Assembly: GCA_964016885.1 (NCBI GenBank)
Contig: OZ024740.1
Span: 235,972,001 to 236,036,000 of the forward strand
Direction: 5' to 3'
Source of the DNA: Eledone cirrhosa
Taxonomy: Eukaryota
DNA length: 64,000 bases
The notes beneath the pieces were generated by a model. The model was not told where the DNA came from. It did not search any database and saw only the letters and a list, made by a program, of their open reading frames with translations. How positions within the stretch are numbered: the stretch's first letter is position 1; every line of letters starts with the position of its first letter. The position numbers and the translations under genes were made by a program. Shown piece by piece: positions 1 through 12,245 of this stretch.

Positions 1-65
1 GTTTCATAGTAAAGGTCTTGATGTTACCTTAGAACGACTAACAAACTCATTGATTGCTGTTCAAG
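1..65 (+). CDS. AMT: Aminomethyltransferase (glycine cleavage T protein), internal exon, 5' end outside window
   Basis: Frame from nt 2 reads FHSKGLDVTLERLTNSLIAVQ-G, matching the GcvT 'LIAVQGP' motif. GTAAG donor at 66 (phase 1) joins to 3689. Confidence 0.9.
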
Positions 66-299
66 GTAAGTAGGACCACCCTTCCACCCCTTCAGCACTC
101 TAGGCCATATTTAAAATGTATGCTCCTGAAAAACTAAGACTGAAAAAGAAAAACACTCTATAAACACATTTCTATCCCATACTTAATCCTTGCTTCACTT
201 TTTATTCGACAAATATGTACATCATAATACAAGAAAAATCTGATAATTAGGATATAGAAAAACGATTTCAACTCGGTCTGGCAAGACAAAGAATTAAGT

Positions 300-480
300 T
301 TTTACATCCATTTTTCCATGCTTGAGTTAGACAAGTCCTTCTCAGCACCGTATCTCTCCACTCGCCATGTTCCTTCGTCATTTCCTCTGTGAGTCTCAGC
401 AATTTATGGTCAGCTCTCACCCCCTCTGCACAGTTTTTTTTGGGTTTATCTCTACTTGTGTGTGTTTGTGTGAGGTCACC
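300..480 (-). mobile_element. RTE LINE 3' end fragment
   Basis: ORF 268..570 contains KPKKN.AEGVRADHKLLRLTEEMTKEHGEWRDTVL, homologous to the RTE C-terminus at 14850-14960. Confidence 0.75.
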
Positions 481-1404
481 ATACAAGATAATTGAGATAC
501 TTTTTCCTTTGACTACAGTCAGGAAATTACTGAGCCTGTATTTCCCACTCCTTAGTCCACACGCATCCATGCTAAATCATGTGGTAGGTCATAACATTAC
601 ACGATCCTTTCATTTTCCATGCCACTGCACTGCTGTTCATCATCCTCTTCTGTTCTGGCAGTGATCTCACATGTTCTTTTTATAACTTAAGTTTCATGTT
701 TTTAGTTGGATCAAGACATTTGTCTTAAGTTGCTCAGAATTTGAGTGGCACCTATAGATTTTAGTGTCCTATGTGATCATCTTTGCCTAGTGTGTAGTGT
801 TGCCTCTGGATGGTAAATATTCAGGAAGTTGTTGCTTGTGTTGGGAATGGAGAATTTATTTGTGCAAAAAACAAAACCAAGCAAAGCTGCAATTGTCAAG
901 CGTGTAATACCTGTCTCTTTTTTTCTCTTTTGCATTGAGAAACTCTTCAATAGCTGACACAAACAACTCCCTGAAATTCTCCAACCCCTTCTTTACACAA
1001 ACTATTAAAAAAAGAAAAACATTGAATAAATGTAATCCTGAATAAACTTTATCTGAAAACTACAGAATGGTTATCATTGAAATGATTTTGATAATGCCAC
1101 CAGGTTCAACTGCTACATGGTATTGAAACATGGTACGGGACACAGAATGTGAAATAATCGTTGGACAGGATATAATGAAAGGAGGAGAAAAAGAAGTTCA
1201 GAGATTTGTTACAATGTGTTGGGAATGAAAAGTTTCTCTGTTAAAAAAGGAAATCATTATAATGTATAAGGAGTATTATGGAAACGGACACTGAATGTGG
1301 ATCAATATTGTTATACAATATTCTGTTATAACGAAATTCACGGGGTATAAAAAATAATTTGTTGTAACCAAAAATTCATTATAACGAGATCGACTCAACA
1401 CATC

Positions 1405-1680
1405 GAACGTGTGGCTGGGGATTTGGCTGGCAATCATAAGATTTGGAGTTCGATTCCTAGTGGCATGTTGTGTCCTTGAGCAAAATATTTTATTTCACAT
1501 TGCTCCAGTTCACTCAGCTGGCAAAAATAAGTTGTATCTGTGTTGTACTTGAATCTCTTTGAGAGCTACGCTTTGGGTGCACGTGTCTGTGGAATGCTCA
1601 GCCATCTGCTTGTTAATTTCATGAGCCGGGAGTTCTGGTGTTCGAATAATTGAAAAACTTGTTGAAACAGATGAAAATCT
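1405..1680 (+). mobile_element. Old tRNA-derived SINE (Meta-domain type); related copies at 3925-4245 and 30910-31190
   Basis: B-box-like GAGTTCGATTCC followed by TGTGTCCTTGAGCAAAATATTTTATTTCACATTGCTCCAG central domain shared with the younger SINEs. Confidence 0.7.
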
Positions 1681-1850
1681 AACAAGATCACCAATGTTTA
1701 AGTATTGTTAATTCTTAGAAGAATGGATTGGTAGAGGCTTTTCTGCCCTGGTTATAACTTTTTCCAGATGGTTGGTATGGAACATTGAAAAGTGTATCTA
1801 AGCATCCTTTAAAAGTCTGAAGAAACTTTTGTTAAGATTCTCAGCCTATT

Positions 1851-2386
1851 TGAAAAGCAGCAGGCTTCCCTTCCCAGCTCTAGCCGGTGGGGGTGGATTG
1901 AGGGGACGGCAAAAGGCCAGATGGCATGACCATCTTCCCGTTCCGCGGTGGCAAACTCCTCGTCTGGGATGCCACTTGCACCGACACTTTCTGCAGCCGC
2001 AACCTGGTGCAGTCTGAGACTGACCCAGGTTCTGCTGCACGTTTGGCTGAGGGGGCCAAACTCCTCAAATACCGGTTGCTCTCCGACAGGTTTGCGGTCG
2101 TTCCCCAGGCAGTGGAAACTTCTGGTGTCCTCGGCCCCAGGGCTACCTCCTTACTCACCACCATAGGCGCTGAGCTGGCCAGCCGCAGGTGTGAGCCCTG
2201 TGAGTTGGAGTGGCTTTTCCAGCACGTCTCCCTTGCCGTCCTCCGGGGAAACGCCTTCTCCATTCTGTCTGCCGGGGCTGTGGGTGGGCCCCATCGCGTA
2301 CCAATACATTAGTTAAATACCATTCTTTCATCTGATGCAACACAATAAACCCATCCTTGTCTAAAAAAAAAAAAAAAAAAAAAAAA
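1851..2386 (+). mobile_element. 5'-truncated CRE-like non-LTR retrotransposon (RLE C-terminus) with poly(A) tail, in AMT intron
   Basis: [41 protein letters not shown]...KY...VPQAVETSGVLG...QHVSLAVLRGNAFSIL is a restriction-like endonuclease end typical of the CRE clade. AATAAA at 2344 and A24 at 2363-2386. Confidence 0.75.
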
Positions 2387-3199
2387 TATCGCGCATACAT
2401 AAGGTCACACGTTTTTCTGAGTGCATTTTATCATGGCACCAGCACTAAGGAGGTTATCATGATTTTGATACAATTTATATTTATCTAAAACCCTTCCATC
2501 ATAATTTTATATAAGAATCTTTAAGTTATGCTCCAAAAACCAGTTTGCTAATGAGAAATTTAGTTATAATTCTAAATTTCTCAAAGCTATTTATTATTTT
2601 CAAAATTATTTGAAAATCATAGGCATCATCTTTCATTAGAAATGTGGTAATGAAAGAGTAACCAACTGAATATCACTTATATTTTAGTAGATTAACTATC
2701 ATTGTTAAATTTGCCAGCCACTGTGTTTTCTACAAGTAGAACTAACAGCTTATGAATGTGATTAGAGAGAGATGCATCTGCAGAAAGACATAATTCAAAT
2801 CAATTTTTTAAATTTTCTTTATTGTTCATTTATACCAGGCAAGATATATTTCCTTAGGAGTTTTTTGTCTGTAATAGAATTTATATAATTTTGCAACACT
2901 GAAAGTACATTTTGTTAGTCATTTTCTTAATTGTATATGGCATCTACGGTTTGTAGAGTGTATAGATTGATTCTTTAATCCTAATTTCCAGCATTACTTA
3001 ACTGTTTTCAGCATAGCCATTGACAATGGACAATTGTAAAGTTGTGTCTAGTCTCTAGTACTACAAATAAAGTACCAGTAATGCACTGGGGTTGATTTAA
3101 TCGATTTTTCCCTTCCCAAAAATTGTTGGCCTTGTTCCTAAATTAGAAATCATTATTAAATAATTTTCACACTTTTTTTTTGTCAGTCATGTCTCTAGA

Positions 3200-3668
3200 T
3201 TTGTAGATATTTCCAACCTGAGCACCTTTTTGATCTCCATGTCTCTAACACACGTGGACATGCCTACAAAATCAGAAAACAGCACAGCTCCCATGACTTT
3301 CATAGACATTTTTTCACGCTCAGAGTTGCTGAAGCATGGAACAAACTGCCTGCATCAGTTGTTAGCTGCTGAGACACTGCATCCTTTAAGACACTCATGC
3401 TTCCCGAAATACGCCAAAACTACACCTGATGTACCCCTTCCATACACATGCACACGTGTGTATCATGACTCGTGCACTGTTCATTTTCCTGATGTTTGTG
3501 CATTGCCCTATGTACTTATTTTATTATTATTATTATTATTATTATATCATGACTCATACACTGTTCATTTTCCTGACATTTATACATTATTCTATGTACT
3601 ATACATGCACCTTTGATGAGTTGTAGTGCACCTGAGCACTACACAATAATTTTATTATTATTATTATA
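3200..3668 (+). mobile_element. CR1-like LINE 3' end with (ATT)n tail
   Basis: FFTLRVAEAWNKLPASVV...SFK motif at ~3310-3390; internal duplication of ~55 bp (3461/3545); (TTA)n ends. Confidence 0.6.
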
Positions 3669-3688
3669 TATTTCTCCTCCATCAACAG

Positions 3689-3834
3689 GTCCTTCAGCTG
3701 CCAAGGTGTTACAGCCAGGTTTAAACTTTGATTATACCAGTCTCCCTTTCATGCGAAGTGTTTTGACTTCAGTGTTTGGTATTCCTGACTGCCGAATCAC
3801 TAGGTGTGGCTATACAGGTGAAGATGGTTTTGAG
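3689..3834 (+). CDS. AMT: AMT/gcvT exon
   Basis: CAG acceptor; GPSAAKVLQ...[15 protein letters not shown] (GcvT signature [11 protein letters not shown]); GT donor at 3835. Confidence 0.95.
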
Positions 3835-5573
3835 GTATTTCTTATCTTTTCACTTATTAATATTGTTGTTACTGTTGCAGGCTGACACCCAGTGAATTAC
3901 AATGCAGTATATTAACCCCTGTGAAGGTGTGTAGCTTTGTAGTTGGGGTGTTTGGGTCATGGGCATAATGTAAGGAGTTAGATTCCCAGTGGCACGTTGT
4001 GCTCTTGAGCAAAACACTTTATTTCACATTGCTTCTGTCCTCTCAGCTGGCAAAATGAGTAGTTCCTGTAATTTAAAGGGTCAGTCTTGTCACACAGTGT
4101 GTCACATTGAATCTTCCTGAGAACAGTGTTAAGTGTATATGTGTCTGTGGAATGCTAAGTCACTAGCACATTAATTTTATGAGCAGGCAGTTCTATTATT
4201 TAATACCAAGAACACTCATTAGAGCCAATGGAGGTCCAACAATAATAACAACACAACATATTAACTCTAGTTTCAGCCATTAAACTACCTCTCTTTACAC
4301 TGTAATAAATACCCAGATATCCAAACTGCTGCATTGTACCAAAATATCTGAGCCTTACATGATTTTTTTACCTGTTTCTCTTTCATGTTGTCATCTCTAT
4401 CAGATCCTACATGCCACTTTACTTCTGGTTTAGCCCCATGTCTACCCTAGAAAACCAAAAACTAGTATCGTCACCATTTAACATCTATTTTCCACACCTG
4501 TATTGGTTAGATAGTTTATTACTTTATGCAGCCAGATAGACCAGGTAACCAAGTCTTGATCATACTCTCCATTTCTGGCTTGGTTTTATACAGCTAGATG
4601 CCCTCCCAAACTAATCACTTTACAGTGCGAACTGGTAGTATTTTATTTGTGGCACCTGCGCTACAAGTTTGCATAGTGGACTGGGTGTTTTTGTTGTGAC
4701 ACCAATACAACCACATTACAGGATAGACTAGGTAATTTTCTACATCGCACCAGTACTACCATCATACAAAGTGGACTAGGTATTGGTGCCACGATAAAAA
4801 GCACCCAGTCCACCTTGTATGGTGGTAGTACTGGTGCCATGTTGAAAATTACCCAGTCTATCTTGTATTGGTGCCACAACAAAAACACCCAATCCACTAA
4901 TCAATGTTATACACTTTTGTCTACATACTTTGTTCAATGTTCACTTGATGCTGTTTGTCTAGGCATAAAAACACTAAAGAATAAGCAGTTTAACTCTTAA
5001 ATGATTTAATGTCACATTTGCCTAAAATATACATTCATACAATGATTTTAGAGGCTGCACACTACATCAGATTTTATCAGTAGATTATATCCATAGAAAA
5101 ATGAGCTATAATGACTGATTAAAAAAGAGCAGTTTTTCTGTTTCATTTTGTTTATCATCTCATATTCACCTACTGTTAAAATTTTCCATGCTACATTTTC
5201 TCTATGAGAAGATATATTATGTATTCTTGGCTGATGATTAAATCAATTAAGTTAAGGGTTTTGTTTACATGATATGAGATATTTTCACTTTGAAGTGATA
5301 TGGCCCACTTTGAAGTGATATATTCTCATTTTGAAATCCTTATTTTCACTTTGATCTGACATGTGGCTACTTTGAATTCATATATCCTCAATAGCACACA
5401 CACACACACACATACAGATGTTGAAAAAGCAGAAATATAAGCAGGCAAAACAGGATACAGGTGCATATAAATAAGGTAGTGCTACAAAATGACCAGAATT
5501 GACAATGGTTTAAACCCAGTAAAAAAAAGAAAAACCTACATTGCAACTTCTGTTTTTTTTCTTCTGTTTTTAG

Positions 5574-5760
5574 ATCTCTGTGACCTGTGAACGTGTTATA
5601 GAACTGCTAGAAACTTTACTCAACTCCAACATTGATGAAGTCAGACTCGCTGGCCTTGGTGCTCGTGATACACTTCGTCTAGAGGCTGGACTCTGTCTCT
5701 ATGGCAATGATATGGATGAAACTACGACTCCAATTGAAGCCTCTCTAGGATGGTTGTTAG
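5574..5760 (+). CDS. AMT: AMT/gcvT exon
   Basis: Polypyrimidine tract plus TAG acceptor; ISV...[37 protein letters not shown]; GTTAG donor at 5761; phases consistent with neighbours. Confidence 0.96.
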
Positions 5761-6259
5761 GTTAGTCTTTTGTTATATTTTATTAGCATTATATAATGTA
5801 GATAGGGAGATTAGTTATATTTTATTAGTATTATATAATTGATGGGGAGATAAGTACAAGTAGTGATGTTGATTTTGAATTGACATGGACTAAACCACTT
5901 GATGTTGTCTACAAATACTTATAGTAGAAATATACTAGGTTGGTCGTAGAAGCAATAAATCTAATGGATCATTTGTTTCTCCATTATATAATCCCTATTA
6001 GGTCACTGACAAAACCTGTATGATATTCTTAGAGGTGAGACTGTAAAGTGTGGTACCATCAGCAAGTATGTCAATAAAGGATCTTATTACTTTGTTAACT
6101 AAATCATTGATAAACAGCAGGAATAGTGTAGTTTTCAGGGCAGATCCCTGTGGTATGCCTGTATTGATTTAATAAAGGCCAGAAGACTGATTGTTGATTG
6201 CAACTCTACAAATGTATGTATTATAAAAAGGAATATGTATGCAAAGAGCCTAGTTGTTA

Positions 6260-6880
6260 TTTTCTTTTTGCCCTAGAACAGCCCTGATAGGGGCAGACCT
6301 ATAGTTAAAGGAGTTCTAGTCATGTCATTTCTTAAGACAGTGAGTTTCAGATTGGCTCAACTTCTGTTAGTTCTCACCAAATGAACTCCATGGCACCTTA
6401 CTCAGCTCATAGAGAAAAAACAATCAATAATGAGCCAATATGAAAACCTTTGTATTGTTACTTGATCTAATGAAAATAGCAGTCTAATCTTTCTCAAATT
6501 GCACCCTACCATCTTTAATTAGAAAAGACACATTAGATGTTGTAGTTTTAGATATATTATGTCTGGAGTTGGTCATGGCTAAAACACTTTTGATCATAGG
6601 CTTGCTGTATCACGATTTAACCTGAGTTAAATAATGCAGAAATACTACTATCTACTATAAAGTCAATGAGAGAGCCTCTATGTGGTTACTTGACCTGTCA
6701 GAAATATCAGCCAAATCTCTGTCAAATCTCACATTATTATCTTTAAAAAAGGACACATTTGGGTATTGTAGTCCTTGTTATATTATGCCTGAATAAAAGA
6801 TGAGAGGGTCATGGCTGGAAATATTTTTATCATAGGTCTGCAGTATTATGGCTGATCTGAGGATAAGCTATGATTGCAAT
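6260..6880. repeat. Dispersed SINE-like repeat family (2-3 copies here; more at 53330-54040 and 62660-63150)
   Basis: Recurring GAGAGCCTCTATGTGGTTACTTGACC...GGTCATGGCTGGAA...GATCATAGGTCTG blocks in both orientations. Confidence 0.5.
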
Positions 6881-7105
6881 TTAACTCTTAACACCTTGTA
6901 ATGATTTAACAGAAAATATTTAAAATCAGGTTTGTTAATTCAGGTGATTGTGAAAATATGTAGTATCAGAGTACAGACTTCAATTTTTAATGTGAGGCAG
7001 TCATAGCACTGTTTTGTACTTATTTTAAAGAATTTCTTGTTAATGTGGTCACATCTGGTACAGGACATTAAAAGTTAAAGAATATTCTCTGGTTTTATTT
7101 TTCAG

Positions 7106-7222
7106 GTAAACGTCGGCGCCAGCTTGCAAACTTCCCTGGAGCATCTCACATACTTGAACATCTGAAGAATCCTCCTCAGAGACTTAGAGTTGGCTTCACA
7201 TCAACGGGACCTTCTCCAAGAC
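7106..7222 (+). CDS. AMT: AMT/gcvT exon
   Basis: TTTCAG acceptor; GKRRRQLANFPGASHILEHLKNPPQRLRVGFTSTGPSPR; GTAAGT donor at 7223. Confidence 0.93.
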
Positions 7223-7569
7223 GTAAGTCTCAGTACATCATCTTGTTCTTCACCATTCTCATCTCCATCCTCTATTTTTCACGGCATCACTGCATTTCTT
7301 TAATTTATCATAACCATTGTCATTCAAACCATTTCTCTTGTGGTTGAGTTTATGTAGATTGCTCATAGCTATAGTAATCATCTAATGTGGATACTAACTG
7401 ATTACTCCCATTCCGGATTATGCCATTGTAGCCATCAACATTGGTCGTTTTCCCCTTTTGACTGCATTCATCTTTCCCTCAGCACAGGGAAAGAATCAGT
7501 AGGGCATTAGATAAAATAGCATTTAGTTATATTTTGAGTTCAAACTCCACCCAGATTCACTTTACCCAT

Positions 7570-7792
7570 AACCCTTTAGCATTTACATTACTCTATATTT
7601 ACTATTGTATTTTTGTGGTTAAGGCTTTATCTTACATGATTATCACACATATTGAATCTACGAGATTTTGATGTTATGTATTTTGAGAACAATACCCTAA
7701 CGTCAGTATGAGTGGCCAGTTACAGCCAGTTGAACAGAAAGAGGTGAGAGAATTCTGGCTGGATATGGCCAGTTTAAATGCTAAAGAGTTAA
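7570..7792. mobile_element. piggyBac-type MITE; further copies 25008-25201 (partial), 26386-29704 (split by LINE), 51181-51812 (split by SINE)
   Basis: Termini (T)AACCCTTTAGCATTT...AAATGCTAAAG(A/G)GTTAA: TTAA-flanked CCC...GGG inverted repeats; same internal sequence in four places. Confidence 0.65.
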
Positions 7793-8013
7793 TCCTTTTG
7801 AAGGCTGAACCAAATCTAGAAAAAGGTGACCCAAACATTTTTGTACAATACTATTTCATCTACTGTATGCATGCACACACATACATGTTGATTGCTACTT
7901 ATTTTTCAGAAGAGTGCCATCTCTTCATTGAACATTGCATGAAAATGTTTGGGTCACCTTTTCTAGATTTGGGTGAGCAAATGTATGTATGTATAAATTT
8001 CATTTGTCATATT

Positions 8014-9296
8014 CCATGAGAGTATTTTGGTCGGCCTATTAACTTTTCAGCTGATCAAGATACTCTCATGGAATGTGACAAAATGAGATTTATTTTTCAA
8101 CACAGTTCCTCTTGCTGTCCACACACTTCTTCCATCGGTGTTGCAGTATTTGGATGCCATTGATGAAGATGTTTTCATCCTGTTGGTAAAAAAAAGTCAT
8201 CAACAACAGATACGACCTCATCATCACTGTGAGACTGGTTCCCAGCCTAGTGTGTTTCATGTTGCGGAACATATGATAGTCAGATGGGGCCAAATCAGGA
8301 GAATAGGAAGGCACAGTCACACACAAGTCATTGAAACCAAGGACTTGTGTGCTGGGATATTGTCCTGATGAAACATGATCCCTTTTGTCAGTTTTCTTGG
8401 GTGTTTGGTCTTGATAGCCTTTCATAACTACCTCAACAAGTTGGCATAGTACTCTCCATTGATGGTGTGACTCTTTTGAAGGTAGTTGAGAAACACAATG
8501 CCTTTTACATCCCCCAAAATTGAGGCCATCTCCTTCCTTGCAGATGAAACAACCTTGGCTTCCTTTGGAGCAGGTAAGCAGGGGTGTTTTCACTGCATGG
8601 ATTGTCTCTTTATCTCTGGCTCAAAGTAATGAACCCAACACTTATCCTGGGTTAGGAAACTTTCAAGGAAACCAGCTGAATCTGCCTTAAACAATGTCAA
8701 ATTTTCCCATGGTGATCAACCTGATGTGCTTTTGATCAGGTGTCAGAAGACGTGGCACCTACCGACCGAGCAGAAACCTTCATCATGCTAAGTTCATTGT
8801 GCAGAATATTCTCAATTTTCTCACAGGATATGCTAATAGCATTGGATATTTGATTTATAGTCAATCACCTGTCATCCATCACCATGGTGAACACTTTCAA
8901 TCTTTTCCTTGGTGGTGATAGTTGCAGGTCGTTCAGACCTTGGGTTATCTTCAAGACTCTCTCTTCCCCTCCTAAATTCAGCTGCTCACTTTTGCACTGT
9001 TGATAAAGCTGGATCATCAATCCCTAATGTAGCAGCCATGTCTGCATGAATATCCTTGGGTGCTAAACCCTTTTTCTGCAGGTACTTGATAACACCATGA
9101 TACTACATTTTGTCCATTTTCAAGAGAATTTGCTACTAGTTACTTTTGAATTCTTCTTCAAACAGTCAGATGTCAGTTTACCTGGAAAGAAACAATGTAG
9201 TTATTAATAAGAAGAGCTTAAATTAATGCATGCAAGATTTCACAGCTCTGGCATCACTCCTTCATAGTCAACCTATGAAATTTTCAGTCCACTCTT
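8014..9296 (-). mobile_element. Mariner transposon, decayed (transposase pseudogene ~8090-9117)
   Basis: N-terminus MDKM*YHGVIKYLQKKG...ESLEDNPRSERP; C-terminal YSPDLAPSDYHMF and RWKKCVDSKRNCVEK; TIR-like GTCAACCTATGAAATTTTCAGTC near 9270-9292. Confidence 0.88.
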
Positions 9297-10209
9297 TCAA
9301 TCTTACATTCCAACTAGCATGACTGATGCAAAGCCAAGGAACAGTTACCTATTACATCTAGTTTCCAGTTAGGGGGATTGGTACCTCATCATGGTACCTA
9401 CTTGTATGCTGTTGAACTGGGTATAATATGGAATTGTATGTCATCATAGTACTTATTTGTAGTTCGACTGAGTACAACAAGCAACTGTACCTAATCACTT
9501 TTTCTATATACAGTTAAGTGAATGGGTACAAAAGGCTAGCTACAGAATATTTACTATTAATGAGCATTACAAGAGTTTGGCTGAGGATACTCTACAGTGA
9601 TGTTGACAAATCATGACTGTCATTTGAAATATTTGTTTGTCAGCTAGCACCCTGTTAACCCCCCTCCCCCCATTGTGTCCTTTTCTAAGTAATATTAAAC
9701 TGTATGTAATACTAATGCTTTTATGTTCACCATCAATGCCTTCACATCTATCATAACAATTATTTAAAATATTGTGGGAACCAAAAAATTATAGAAAACT
9801 ATTAATGAATTAAAGAATTTGATAAAACTAGTAGTGTCCATCAGCTAAAAGCCATTAATAAAAGTCATAAATTGAGATAAATTCATTTATCAGAATTCTT
9901 ATGACACATCATCATCGCTGTTTAACATCTATTTTCTATGTTTGCATGGGTTAAGCAGGTTGTCATGTTATGAGGCCAGACAGGTTAGGTGGCCATATCT
10001 TGCTCATACGATTCAATTTTGGCTTGGTTTTCTATGGCTGAATGCCATTCCTAACACCAACCACATTACAGCTTGTTCTGGGAGCTTTTTTTCTTGGCAC
10101 AACCACTACCATTTTTTAGAGTAGATTGGGTGCTTTTTTGTCATGGCACCAGAACTGGCAGAGTAAACGACATGTCTACCCAAAATATCACAATTGTTCT
10201 CTTATGAGA

Positions 10210-10785
10210 CATCATCATCATCATTTAACATCTATCTTCCATGCTAGCATGGGTTTAGGCGGGAATTATCCCACTTGAGGCAAGATTGGTTGTCTTGTTC
10301 ATATAGGACTGTCTGGCAGGTTTTCTACGGCTGGATGCCCTTCCTAACATCAACCACGTTTACAGTGTGGACTGGGGGGTTTTTACTGTGTTACCTACAC
10401 GGTCACATTACAGCGTGGACTGTGTGTTTTTTTTTTGTTGTGACACCTACACGACCTCATTTATTTAGGACTGGATGTTGTTGTACCAACATAACTTTAC
10501 AGAGAAAGGGTGGTGTAGATGGGGGAGGGGGTAGTGGGATGTGTGTGTATTTTTGGTTAAGGGGTGCCTACTGACTATATGTTTCGCTTTGTACTTAGGC
10601 AAGGCGGGTCTTCTGTATTACTGCATAGCGCCAAAGATCTCGGTCCAGTGACATTGTCTTGGAGAGGTGTAAGTGTGTAAGGTCGGAATTTATTAAATCG
10701 TCTCAGGTTTTTCTGGGTCTGCCTACTCCGTAGCTTCCATCAATTTTGATCGACCGTAGCTTCCATCAATTTTGATCGCCGACAT
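10210..10785 (-). mobile_element. RTE (family B) 3' end fragment in AMT intron
   Basis: Homologous to 20555-21100: (CAT)n tail, 3' UTR and end of ORF. Confidence 0.85.
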
Positions 10786-10886
10786 TAATTTATATTATAT
10801 ATATTATTTCTTATCTTTATGCTTGGAAAATATATATGAAATTAATATTATTTTTTGTATTGTCTTTTTAATTTCCTAAATTTCAG

Positions 10887-11110
10887 AAGGTTCAAATATT
10901 TATGATGACAAGTGTGAAAATGTTATTGGTGTCATAACTAGTGGCTGTCCTTCACCAACACTGAAAAAGAATATTTCCATGGGTTATGTGAAACCTGACT
11001 ACACTGCAACTGGTACCAATATAGTCTTTGATATTCGTAAAAAGATGGTTCCTGGTCAAGTAGCTAAAATGCCATTCGTGCCTACAAATTATTTTGTTAT
11101 AAAGAAATAA
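10887..11110 (+). CDS. AMT: AMT/gcvT last coding exon
   Basis: TTTCAG acceptor; QGSNIYDDKCENVIGVITSGCPSPTLKKNISMGYV...AKMPFVPTNYFVIKK* (TAA 11108-11110), a typical AMT C-terminus. Confidence 0.95.
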
Positions 11111-11199
11111 AAATATTTTTCAGTTCAGATTTATAAAGTTTAACTTTGTTTTATTTTTTGTATCCCTGCATTACCCTTTTTTTTTTATATAATCTCTTT

Positions 11200-11770
11200 T
11201 GGGTTCACCTGTATTAGGATCAGCTGGTGTTAGTCATCTGTGCTGAGTCCACCTGTATTGGGTTCATCTATGTTGGGATCACCTGTGTGCTGGGTTCACG
11301 TGTGTGTTAAGGTTCACTTGCCTTAAGATCACCTGAACATTGGGTCCACCTGTGTGTTAGGATCACCTGAATATTGGGTCCACCTGTGTGTTAGGATCAC
11401 CTGAACATTGGGTCCACCTGTGTGTTAGGATCACCTGAATATTGGGTCCACCTGTGTGTTAGGATCACCTGAACATTGGGTCCACCTGTGTGTTAGGATC
11501 ACCCGAGCATTGGGTTCACCTGTGTGTTAGGATCACCTGAGCATTGGGTTCACCTGTGTGTTAGGATGACCTGTACATTAGGGTTCACTTGTGTGTTGGG
11601 TTCACCTGCTTTGGGATCACTTGCGTGTTGGGTTCAACTGGGTTAGGATAATCTGTGTTGGGTTCACCAGTGCATTAGGGTTCATCTATGTGTTGGGTTC
11701 ACCTGCATGTTAGGGTTCACCTGTTGGGCTCCTATGTTGGGTCACCTGTATATTGGGTTCACCTGTAGGT
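11200..11770. repeat. Minisatellite, 34-bp period built from ~17-bp subunits, downstream of AMT stop
   Basis: TGGGTCCACCTGTGTGTTAGGATCACCTGAA(C/T)AT repeats at 11341, 11375, etc., degenerate at both ends. Confidence 0.9.
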
Positions 11771-12245
11771 CTGTGATCATGCTAGAAAGGATACTATCAA
11801 CTGTAGAACCTCAATACTGTAAACAAAGATGTCAACTGCCACAGATATTAACACTCCACAAGGTCTCAAATAAACTTCATTGTTGTTTGATGTTCTCATG
11901 TCTGGGATAGGCGCAACAAGCCGCACTATATTTTTGTCAGCCATGACTTCATAGAAAAAGGAACCATATAAACAATAAATCTTCTATTCCTATACTGTTC
12001 TCTTTTTAAACAGAGTACAATCTGAAATAGCTTGAATGACCATGTAAAATTTCCATTAATCTTCTATGGTGACCTCACACACACAAGTAAAGGTAAACCA
12101 AGAAAAACCTGAGCAGAGTAAGTGAGAGCTGATCACAAATTGCTGAGACTCACAGAGGAAATGACGAAGGAACATGGCAAGTGGAGAGATACTCGTCCAA
12201 CTCATGCAAGTGTGGAAAAATAGATGAAAAATTGATGATGATGAC

